Shown here: positions 15,993 through 24,224 of the stretch, in pieces
How positions within the stretch are numbered: the stretch's first letter is position 1
Layout: each line of letters opens with the position of its first letter
NCBI GenBank assembly: GCA_963677175.2
Contig: CAXXES010000001.1
Location: 946,444 to 1,010,443 of the forward strand
DNA: 64,000 nucleotides
DNA from: an uncultured Sunxiuqinia sp.
GTDB taxonomy: Bacteria > Bacteroidota > Bacteroidia > Bacteroidales > Prolixibacteraceae
Reading direction: 5' to 3'
Program-made: the position numbers and the translations under genes
Notes under the pieces: model-generated
Told to the model about the DNA's origin: nothing
Database searches by the model: none
The model's input: the letters and a program-made list of their open reading frames with translations, nothing else

Positions 15993-17351
15993 TCAGATAA
16001 TCTCAAAATACCTTTTTATTTCCCAATCGGTTACCGCCTTCGAGAACTCCCGCCACTCCCACTCGCGAGTAGCCGTAAAATGCGCGACAAATTCCTCCCC
16101 AAACAAACTGTTGGCCAAGTCCGAATCTTTCATTTTACGAGTTGCGTCCATCAAGTTCGAAGGTAAGCGCTCCCGGTCATTTTTCGCGTATTCATTCCCA
16201 ATAGTTTTGGGCGTATTTAATTTCAATTCATGCTGAATGCCATACAGGCCGGAAGCCAGCGAAGCAGCCATGGCCAGGTATGGATTGGCATCCGAACCCG
16301 GAACACGCATCTCCAGGCGGGTTGATTTCTCCTCGCCGTTGATGACCCGCACCGCCGTGGTGCGGTTATCGAGTCCCCAACTGGCCGTGATTGGCGCCCA
16401 GGTTCCTTCGCGCAGCCGCTTGTAACTGTTGATGGTTGGCGCATACATGGGCAAAATATGAGGCAGGCAATGCAGCAGCCCGGCTAGGTAACTTTCCATG
16501 AGCTGACTCATGGGCGCTTTCGGGTCGCCCGAATAAAACAGGTTCTTTTGCTGATTCTGATCCCACAAACTTTGATGCAAATGCCCGCTACAACCCGGCA
16601 ACTCTTCATTCCATTTGGCCATAAAACTGGCAATGATACCATGTTTGTAGGCTATTTCACGCACACTATTTTTAAGCAGTACCGCCTTGTCAGCCGCCCG
16701 AAGCACTTCGTCATGCCGGATGGCAGCCTCGTAAACCCCGGGGCCGGTTTCCGTGTGCATGCTTTCCAGGGACACCTGAAACTGATCAAGGTAGTTAAAC
16801 AAGTCGTTGAAATAAGCCTGAAACTGGGTGGGCCGCAACATGGAATAGCCAAACATTCCTGGTGAAATTGGATTTAGCTCCGTGTAGTTTTTTGCTGCCA
16901 GCTCATTCGGGGTTCCTAAAAAGTTGAACCATTCAAACTCTTCTGAAAAAACGGGGCAAAAGCCCATTTCGTTGGCCTCCTGCCTGACCCGTTTCAGCAA
17001 ACTCCGCGAGCAGGCTGCTACGCCAACGCCTGGCTCATTGTTAAAATCAGCTAAAAAGAAGGGCAACTCATGATCCCAGGGAATGGTTCGGTAAGTGGAA
17101 AGATCGATCCGTGCTTTGGCATCAGGATAAGCCGTATGCCAGCCAGTTAGCTGAACATTATCGTAACACTTATCGCTGGAATCCCAGCCAAAAACCACAT
17201 TGCAGAAGCTTATATTCTCGTTGGCAACTTCCAAAAACTTGTCTTTATGAATGGTCTTTCCACGCAAAATCCCGTCAATATCAGTTACTGCAAATTTTAT
17301 TTTATTGTGCTGACTTTCTTTAATGACTTGTATCAACTCCTTGTTTTCCAT
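15993..17351 (-). CDS. glutamine synthetase family protein (GSI-like paralogue; GlnT/PuuA-type gamma-glutamyl ligase candidate)
   Basis: 452 aa. FEWFNF, MHTETGPGVYE, GCSGHLHQSLW, INSYKRL, WGLDNRTTAVRV, RLEMRVPGSDANPYLA are GS catalytic-domain motifs. Confidence 0.85.
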   Translation of the reverse strand: MENKELIQVIKESQHNKIKFAVTDIDGILRGKTIHKDKFLEVANENISFCNVVFGWDSSDKCYDNVQLTGWHTAYPDAKARIDLSTYRTIPWDHELPFFLADFNNEPGVGVAACSRSLLKRVRQEANEMGFCPVFSEEFEWFNFLGTPNELAAKNYTELNPISPGMFGYSMLRPTQFQAYFNDLFNYLDQFQVSLESMHTETGPGVYEAAIRHDEVLRAADKAVLLKNSVREIAYKHGIIASFMAKWNEELPGCSGHLHQSLWDQNQQKNLFYSGDPKAPMSQLMESYLAGLLHCLPHILPMYAPTINSYKRLREGTWAPITASWGLDNRTTAVRVINGEEKSTRLEMRVPGSDANPYLAMAASLASGLYGIQHELKLNTPKTIGNEYAKNDRERLPSNLMDATRKMKDSDLANSLFGEEFVAHFTATREWEWREFSKAVTDWEIKRYFEII

Positions 17352-17678
17352 AGTTATTTGTTTTCATACCAAAATAACAAATATTGGCGCATTTTAACCA
17401 AGGCAGGCAAAAAATATAGCAAAATGACTGATATTGAAATGAAACGATCATTGAAACTGTGGCAATAAGGCTACATGCTTATGATCAAGTAGGATGAACT
17501 TGTCTGCTCCGTTTGAGTCGATATTACGATAGAATGTGTTTCATTGAAAATTATAAAATTCACACAACCATCCAATTCTTGATATCTGTAGGTTTCAAAT
17601 AATAAAAAATAATTGATCCACCCGCTTAAAATCCAGGACAAAACAAGAAAATAATAGGTATTTCGTTTTTAAAAACCT

Positions 17679-17686
17679 TATTTTTG
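17679..17686 (+). promoter_or_regulatory. candidate -7 promoter box TATTTTTG upstream of the GSIII gene
   Basis: Matches TAnnTTTG, 58 nt upstream of the ATG at 17745. Same octamer as upstream of the GSII gene. Confidence 0.3.
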
Positions 17687-17744
17687 AATCCGAATTACAG
17701 AGAATATCATTTAATCAGATTATATTAATCAAACTATACAGATC

Positions 17745-19934
17745 ATGGCAGATTTTAGATTTAAAGCCCTGCAAAAGGTAATCGAACGACAGCCTGTTGC
17801 AATTACTCGCGAGCATAGCCTGACTTCCGATTTTTATGGGAGAAATGTTTTTGATCGTCCCAAGATGAAAAAGTACCTCTCCAAAGAAGCCTTTAAGGCG
17901 GTGATGGACGCAACTGATTATAACAAGATGGTGGACCGCAAAATGGCTGACCAGGTAGCACAAGGCATGAAAGCCTGGGCCACTGAAAATGGCGCAACGC
18001 ATTATACCCACTGGTTTCACCCGTTGACTGACGGAACAGCCGAAAAACATGACGCTTTTATTGTGCATGGCGAAGATGGTGGCGTAGTGGAAGCTTTCAG
18101 CGGAAAACTCTTGTCGCAACAAGAACCCGATGCCTCATCGTTTCCAAGCGGTGGCATTCGTCAAACTTTTGAAGCCCGCGGCTACACGGCCTGGGACGCT
18201 TCATCGCCGGCCTTTATTGTTGACGGCACCTTGTGTATTCCAACCGTATTTATTTCGTACACCGGCGAAGCGCTCGACTACAAAACTCCTTTGCTGAAAT
18301 CGTTGCACGCCGTGGACAAGGCCGCCACAGCCGTCTGCCAGTATTTCGATAAGAATGTGACCAAAGTAATCGCCAACCTGGGTTGGGAACAAGAATATTT
18401 TTTGATTGACGAAGCCCTTTTTGCCGCCCGCCCCGACCTGATTTTAACCGGACGTACGTTGATGGGACACGCATCGTCGAAAGACCAACAGCTGGACGAC
18501 CACTATTTTGGTTCGATTCCAACCCGGGTTTACCGCTTCATGGAAGATCTGGAAAATGAAGCCTACAAGCTCGGCATTCCCATAAAAACCCGCCACAACG
18601 AAGTGGCACCCAACCAGTTTGAAGTAGCTCCTATTTTTGAAGAAGCGAACTTGGCTAACGACCACAACCAACTGCTGATGGACATTATGAAAAAAGTTGC
18701 CCGCCGCCACCATTTCAGGGTGCTGTTTCATGAAAAGCCATTTTCAGGCATTAACGGTTCGGGCAAGCACAACAACTGGTCGCTATCAACCGACACCGGC
18801 ATTAACCTGTATTCGCCGGGGAAAAATCCAAAAACAAACTTGCAATTTCTGACCTTTGTTGTGAATGCCATGAAAGCAGTTTATGACAACCAGGACTTGA
18901 TGCGCGCCAGCATTATGAGCGCTGCTAATTCGCACCGGCTGGGTGCGAACGAAGCGCCACCGGCTATCTTATCCGTTTTTCTGGGTACCGAAGTCAGCAA
19001 AATGCTCGACCTGATGGAAGAAGCCGTGGTGGATCGCAAAATGACCCCGGACGAAAAAACGGCATTGAAGCTGAATATCGGCCGCATTCCTGAGATCATT
19101 CTTGACAGTACCGACCGGAACCGAACCTCGCCTTTCGCGTTTACCGGAAACCGCTTTGAATTCCGTGCTGTTGGTTCTTCTGCCAATTGTGCCTCCTCCT
19201 TAATCGCGCTAAATACTGCCGTAGCTGCTCAACTCGGAAAATTTAGAATTGAAGTTGATAAATTGGTGGAAAGTGGCGTGAAAAAAGATGAAGCTGTTTT
19301 TCAGATTTTGAAAAAACTAATCATCAACACAAAACCCATTCGTTTTGATGGCGATGGCTACAGTGGTAATTGGGTGGTTGAAGCTAAAAAACGCGGACTA
19401 ACTAACATCCAGAGCGTACCTGAAGCCATTGGGGCCTATCTGACGGATCAGACTAAAAAGTTATTTGCTTCGCAGGAAGTACTGTCAGAAAAGGAGCTGA
19501 AAGGACGTGCTGAAGTAGAGTTTGAAAAGTTTACCATGAAAGTGCAGATTGAAGCGCGTGTGCTCGGAGATCTGGCCATCAACCACATTGTGCCCACTGC
19601 TGTTCAGTACCAAACCACCCTGCTCAAGAATGTCAAAAATATAAAGGAGGTTTTTGATGCTGATGAATTTGAAGAGCTGGCCCATGCCCGTAAAGAACTG
19701 ATCCGCGAAATTGGCGGACATATTTCGGCCATTAAAGCAAAAGTGAAAGAAATGGTGGAAGCGCGTAAAGTGGCCAACGTGATTGAAGATTCGATTGAAA
19801 AAGCCAAGGCATACGAGCAAACGGTGCGGCCTTACCTTGATAATATTCGTTACCACATCGACAAGCTGGAGCTAGTGGTTGACAACGAACTCTGGCCACT
19901 ACCCAAATACAGGGAACTGTTGTTTGTGAGGTAA
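17745..19934 (+). CDS. glnN: glutamine synthetase type III
   Basis: 729 aa, the size class of Bacteroides GlnN. GWEQEYFLID, RHNEVAPNQFE, GSGKHNNWS, NRTSPFAFTGNRFEFRA. Confidence 0.9.
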   Translation: MADFRFKALQKVIERQPVAITREHSLTSDFYGRNVFDRPKMKKYLSKEAFKAVMDATDYNKMVDRKMADQVAQGMKAWATENGATHYTHWFHPLTDGTAEKHDAFIVHGEDGGVVEAFSGKLLSQQEPDASSFPSGGIRQTFEARGYTAWDASSPAFIVDGTLCIPTVFISYTGEALDYKTPLLKSLHAVDKAATAVCQYFDKNVTKVIANLGWEQEYFLIDEALFAARPDLILTGRTLMGHASSKDQQLDDHYFGSIPTRVYRFMEDLENEAYKLGIPIKTRHNEVAPNQFEVAPIFEEANLANDHNQLLMDIMKKVARRHHFRVLFHEKPFSGINGSGKHNNWSLSTDTGINLYSPGKNPKTNLQFLTFVVNAMKAVYDNQDLMRASIMSAANSHRLGANEAPPAILSVFLGTEVSKMLDLMEEAVVDRKMTPDEKTALKLNIGRIPEIILDSTDRNRTSPFAFTGNRFEFRAVGSSANCASSLIALNTAVAAQLGKFRIEVDKLVESGVKKDEAVFQILKKLIINTKPIRFDGDGYSGNWVVEAKKRGLTNIQSVPEAIGAYLTDQTKKLFASQEVLSEKELKGRAEVEFEKFTMKVQIEARVLGDLAINHIVPTAVQYQTTLLKNVKNIKEVFDADEFEELAHARKELIREIGGHISAIKAKVKEMVEARKVANVIEDSIEKAKAYEQTVRPYLDNIRYHIDKLELVVDNELWPLPKYRELLFVR

Positions 19935-19959
19935 TTTTCCGGAGTAACGAAAGAAAAAC

Positions 19960-19992
19960 AAAACCGCCCGGGACAACTTGGGTGGTTTTTTT
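19960..19992 (+). terminator. rho-independent terminator after glnN
   Basis: aaaaccgccc / gggtggtttt stem (one G-U pair), 10-nt loop, T7 run at 19986-19992. Confidence 0.7.
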
Positions 19993-20054
19993 GGTTTTAT
20001 CAACAATGATTTTAATCTGATTGTTACAGATTTGTAAAAAAAAGAAACAAGATA

Positions 20055-20258
20055 GTGAAACAAGTAACCCTTAAAATACCAGATAAAAAGTTTGGCTTCT
20101 TCATGAAATTGGTCAAACAATTAGGCATTGAGGTGGCCGAAGAAATGGAAATCCCCGAAGAACATAAAGCCATTGTGAGGGAACGGATCAAAAGTGCCAA
20201 GCCTGAACAAATGATTCCCTGGAAAGAGGCCCGTAAACAATTCAAATTTGAAAAGTAA
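20055..20258 (+). CDS. small antitoxin-like protein (partner of the RelE/ParE toxin)
   Basis: 67 aa, GTG start, ends 4 nt before the toxin ATG. IPEEHKAIVRERIKSAKPEQMIPWKEARKQF tail resembles small Bacteroidetes antitoxins. AT-rich like the toxin. Confidence 0.55.
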   Translation: MKQVTLKIPDKKFGFFMKLVKQLGIEVAEEMEIPEEHKAIVRERIKSAKPEQMIPWKEARKQFKFEK

Positions 20259-20262
20259 TTTA

Positions 20263-20563
20263 ATGGTTTACGAGATTGTGATTGATCCCAAGGACAATTC
20301 GGGACATACAGGAAGCAATTGATTATTACGATAGCCAACAAGCAGGGCTTGAGGCAAAATTTGAAAGCAGATTAAACAAAAGCCTGTTGACGCTCCAAAA
20401 AAATCCTTTCTTCCAGATTCGCTATGATGGCCTGCATTGCCTGCCACTTAAAAAATTTCCGTATATGGTACATTTTACAATTGATGATGAAAAAATGCTT
20501 CTAGCTATACAGGCCGTGTTTCATACCGCACGAAGTACCAAAACCTGGAAAAAAAGAAAGTAA
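20263..20563 (+). pseudogene. RelE/ParE-family toxin with an apparent +1 frameshift after codon 10
   Basis: ATG at 20263 gives MVYEIVIDPKDNSGHTGSN*. The long ORF (20282-20563, TTG start) is in the next frame and reads ..TIRDIQEAIDYYDSQ..FFQIRYDGLHCLPLKKFPYMVHFTIDD. Removing one base near 20294 yields MVYEIVIDPKAIRDIQEAIDYY, the usual family N-terminus. Confidence 0.55.
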
Positions 20564-20773
20564 ACTCCGGCTGATAAGCCAACGCATAATATCATTTGGA
20601 AAGTCAGCCTGCTTTTTTGTGGTTTCTTATCAATCTCCATTTTAAATCCACCCCAATTATGAATTGATCTGTCAAAAATCCCTTTGCTGACATTTACATC
20701 GACAACGAGCTTTGTCCATTCCAAAATACTCGGAATTGTTGGTTGCGACATAGCCAATTACAACGAACGCAGG

Positions 20774-22429
20774 CTAAGTAATTTTTAGTGGCACGGCATA
20801 AGAATCTTGCACTTCCTTTTCAGGGAAATAAACCAGAAGTCCATCGTTGGTCCGTTCAAACTTCAACGGTTGCTTTGTGCTAACCAATTCTACCTTGCTA
20901 ATTTGTTGAGGATAGTAAACTGATGCTGATGCCAGACTTTTGATCTTTACCACACCCTTTTCCGGCCAGCCCATAAGCGTTGCATACAATGTTTCTCCTT
21001 GGGTTACAAAGCGGATATCCTTTGCCGAAAAAGGCTTTCCTTTTCCTTCATTGAACCCCTGTGCTGATAAAGCGGCTGCATTTTCCTGTGCCGGACCTTC
21101 GCCAAATACCTTCCAGGGACGGGTTCCGTAAATACTTTCACCATTCAGTTTCATCCACCGGCCAATTTCTTCAACCACCTGACGTTCCAGTTCGTCAATC
21201 GAACCATCTCCCCTTACCGGGATATTCAGCATCAAATTCCCGTTTTTACTGACGATATCTACCAACATATGAATGACTGTTTTTGCTGACTTGTAACGTT
21301 TGTTTTCATAGATCGACCGATCGTAATGCCAACTACCAATACAAGTACAAGATTGCCAGGGAAGTGGTTCGATGTTATTGCTTTGTCCGCGCTCAATATC
21401 CCATACCATGGCCTTACGCTGGTTTTCATCCAGTATTTTGCCATTGATAACAGCCCGGAGTTCCCCATGATCGCTAATGCTTTTATTGTACATATGCGCG
21501 GCAATGCGTAACCCGGCGTCGCTTATCGGCCAGAAGGGGAGCTGTGAGTCATCAAAATAAACCAGATCGGGCGCGTAATTATCAATTAACTCAATGGTGC
21601 GATTGTAAAACTTTTCAATGTATTCTGCTGTTGGTTGGGCCACGCCATTGCCCCAATGCCATTGACGATGAATCATGCCATCATCTTCGCTGTTTTCGCT
21701 CAGCGGGTGATTTTGGGCATATAAATCCTGCGGGTCAAAGCCTTCCCACCATTTACCGGCTCCATCGGCCTTGGTCAATTTTCCGTCATACGGAATCCCG
21801 GCATACGGCCCGTTCTTGTCCGAACGCTGGGCGGTTTCGTACCAACTCCACGCGTGGGCGGCATGGACGCTGACCCCAAAAGGCAAACCATTTTTTCGGG
21901 CTGCTTTTTCCCACCCGTCAATGATATCTTTTTTTGGCCCAACTTTCGTTGAATTCCAATCGGGTTGATAGGTACTGTTGTACATATCCAAATTATCGTG
22001 ATGGTTGGCCATGGCCATAAAATATTTTGCCCCCGCCTCTTTATACAAAGTAACCAGCTCTTCCGGGTCCCATTTTTCTGCTTTCCACTCATTAATGACA
22101 TCTTTGAACCCAAAAGCAGATGGATGTCCATATTTTTCGAGATGGTATTTGTACTGATGCGAGCCTTCCTGGTACATGCCACGGGCATACCAGTCGCCTG
22201 CTTCGGGCTGGCACTGAGGCCCCCAATGTGCCCACATCCCAAGTTTGGCATCCTGGAACCATGCCGGAGTTTGATAGGTTTCCAACGATTCCCAAGTCGG
22301 TTGAAATGGTCCGCGGGCGATATTCCTGTTCTTGCCCCCATTCAAAATAAAGGAAGCAAAAGTCTGCTGTGCCACAATCATTCCCGGTACTGAGAGACCA
22401 AGGTTTTTTAATAGTGTTCTTCGTTTCAT
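20774..22429 (-). CDS. alpha-L-fucosidase, GH29
   Basis: Signal peptide MKRRTLLKNLG... WFQDAKLGMWAHWGPQ, AGAKYFMAMANHHDNLDMY, GPKKDIIDGW and GLPFGVSVH follow the GH29 catalytic-domain pattern. Confidence 0.85.
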   Translation of the reverse strand: MKRRTLLKNLGLSVPGMIVAQQTFASFILNGGKNRNIARGPFQPTWESLETYQTPAWFQDAKLGMWAHWGPQCQPEAGDWYARGMYQEGSHQYKYHLEKYGHPSAFGFKDVINEWKAEKWDPEELVTLYKEAGAKYFMAMANHHDNLDMYNSTYQPDWNSTKVGPKKDIIDGWEKAARKNGLPFGVSVHAAHAWSWYETAQRSDKNGPYAGIPYDGKLTKADGAGKWWEGFDPQDLYAQNHPLSENSEDDGMIHRQWHWGNGVAQPTAEYIEKFYNRTIELIDNYAPDLVYFDDSQLPFWPISDAGLRIAAHMYNKSISDHGELRAVINGKILDENQRKAMVWDIERGQSNNIEPLPWQSCTCIGSWHYDRSIYENKRYKSAKTVIHMLVDIVSKNGNLMLNIPVRGDGSIDELERQVVEEIGRWMKLNGESIYGTRPWKVFGEGPAQENAAALSAQGFNEGKGKPFSAKDIRFVTQGETLYATLMGWPEKGVVKIKSLASASVYYPQQISKVELVSTKQPLKFERTNDGLLVYFPEKEVQDSYAVPLKIT

Positions 22430-22456
22430 CGGCTTAATTTCTTACTGTTTTGTTGA

Positions 22457-22507
22457 CTAAAAAGAATTAAATTCAGGGCTATGCTACTTCATACGCCCTG
22501 AATTTAA
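22457..22507 (-). terminator. intrinsic terminator/attenuator hairpin between SusD (PUL1) and the GH29 gene
   Basis: 13-bp perfect stem ttaaattcagggc (22467-22479) / gccctgaatttaa (22495-22507). On the minus strand it is followed by TTCTTTTT. Confidence 0.6.
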
Positions 22508-22516
22508 ACTTTGATA

Positions 22517-24196
22517 TTAATTATAGCCTGAATTTTGCTCCAGTCTATCGTTTATATTCAGATCATTCTGAGGGATAGGAAAGTACCGGTTATGAGCAGC
22601 CCAGGTACGTGTTTCAAATTTGTAATACAGATCTTCATCTACAGGCGAGGCTGTAGCGCCAGATCCCCGGTAATTCGCAGCGTTAGGGTCATCCGATAAT
22701 TTCACCCCGGTAAAGGTATGATTCAATTCTTCCCCGGCAATACCCCAGCGCAGTACATCATAATAGCGGAACCCTTCAAAAGCCAGCTCAACTCTCCGTT
22801 CTTTCCGAACAGCCTGACGAACCAAATCCTGACTGGCAACATCAGCTATCTGAACCGGAGGCAAATTAACACGGTCCCTGATATCATTGATTGTTAAATC
22901 CAGCAATTGTTGGTCAACGCTTCCGGGTGTGTTTTCATTCACAGCTTCCAGATAACCAAGCAGGACCTCAGCATAGCGCATAATCGGGGTATAGGTATAA
23001 GTTTCATAGAGATTGGTAATACTTGCATCCAATCCCTTTTTAGGACAGTAGCCGTTAAATAAGGTATACCTGTTGTAACTGTCATTTTTATTTGCACCCA
23101 AAAAACTGTTATAGGTTACATTATTAAATGTTGTTCCCGGATACGTTCCCACGGGAGGTAAGAATATGGACGCGTACAAACGCGGATCCCGGTTGGTGTA
23201 AGGATCATCGTCATTATAAACAGATGAGGTATAAATATCTTTGCCATCAGTGCAAAAATATGCTTTCACCAACTCATTGTAAGGTGCAAACTGATGCCAG
23301 CCACCAAGACATTCCGGCGTCAGATAGATATATCGCGATGTTGTTATATTATCTTTTAGGTACTGAATACAGAAGATCATCTCGGAACTATATTCCCCTC
23401 CAGTCTGAAAAAGCTTTTCGTAGCTGTCGGCCCCGTTACTTCTGTCAATTTCATATTCATCCGAATCGATGACACTTTTAAGAGCGGTGGCAGCATCGCT
23501 CCATTTCTCCTCAGCCAGGTACAATCTACTCAAAAGTACTTGTGCCGCTCCCGTGGTAAATCGTCCATACTCCGATGAAGTTCGTTTCGGTGGGAGTATT
23601 GCAATAGCGGCTTTCAGGTCATCTTCAACCTGTTTGTACACATCAGCCTGTGGCGTTTGAGAGATTGAATTTGCATTGTTGACACTTAAGGTAGTCAGTG
23701 GCATTGGCACATTGTTCCAATGAAAAGCGAGATAGAACAGGTAGTAGGACCGCAGACATTTAACCTCTGCTGCCCAAAGAGCTTTTTTATCCTCATCCAT
23801 TGGGCAAGCTACAATTTTATCCAAAAATGTATTGTAATGAGCAATTTGAGAATAAGCGTTGGACCAGTATCCGAGCACATTGCCACTTGTAGCCACGGTA
23901 TTGCTACTAGCCATGCCAAGGGTCGTAAAGTTTTCCTTTTCAACACCATGTCCACCTGCAAAATCAAGATAAAGCAATCCCTGAGGAGTCGCAAAATCCT
24001 CATGTGTCCATCCACTTGGGAACTTATAGCATCCAACCAATGCCAACAAAGCATCCTCCTCGCCGGTCCAGAAGCTGGCGTCTGAAATGGAAGTTAGCGG
24101 TTGCTTATCTAATAAATCTTCACAGCCCGTCTCTGAAAAAAGGATCAGAGATACGAAAACTGCCGCCAAAATTGATCTTATATTTATTCGTTTCAT
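22517..24196 (-). CDS. SusD/RagB-family nutrient-binding outer-membrane lipoprotein (PUL1)
   Basis: Start placed at MKRINIRS (lipobox ..ETGC). Alpha-helical TPR-like body and C-terminal YFPIPQNDLNIN..LEQNSGYN are typical of SusD. Directly downstream of SusC. Confidence 0.9.
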   Translation of the reverse strand: MKRINIRSILAAVFVSLILFSETGCEDLLDKQPLTSISDASFWTGEEDALLALVGCYKFPSGWTHEDFATPQGLLYLDFAGGHGVEKENFTTLGMASSNTVATSGNVLGYWSNAYSQIAHYNTFLDKIVACPMDEDKKALWAAEVKCLRSYYLFYLAFHWNNVPMPLTTLSVNNANSISQTPQADVYKQVEDDLKAAIAILPPKRTSSEYGRFTTGAAQVLLSRLYLAEEKWSDAATALKSVIDSDEYEIDRSNGADSYEKLFQTGGEYSSEMIFCIQYLKDNITTSRYIYLTPECLGGWHQFAPYNELVKAYFCTDGKDIYTSSVYNDDDPYTNRDPRLYASIFLPPVGTYPGTTFNNVTYNSFLGANKNDSYNRYTLFNGYCPKKGLDASITNLYETYTYTPIMRYAEVLLGYLEAVNENTPGSVDQQLLDLTINDIRDRVNLPPVQIADVASQDLVRQAVRKERRVELAFEGFRYYDVLRWGIAGEELNHTFTGVKLSDDPNAANYRGSGATASPVDEDLYYKFETRTWAAHNRYFPIPQNDLNINDRLEQNSGYN

Positions 24197-24224
24197 AACT
24201 ATCATCTTTTCTATTGTTATTGAA

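Noticed and set aside
20521-20757. 78-aa minus-strand ORF between the toxin gene and GH29
   Set aside because: It overlaps the toxin 3' end convergently and its C-terminal half is hydrophobic junk-like. It could be a gene remnant but cannot be supported.
21775-22341. 188-aa same-strand ORF in an alternative frame inside the GH29 gene, and similar nested ORFs inside SusC, FecR and the GH55-like gene (e.g. 27647-28156, 40070-40630, 54458-54996)
   Set aside because: They are fully embedded in genes with strong family signatures. Their products are Arg/Pro/Ser-rich or low-complexity, typical of off-frame translation.
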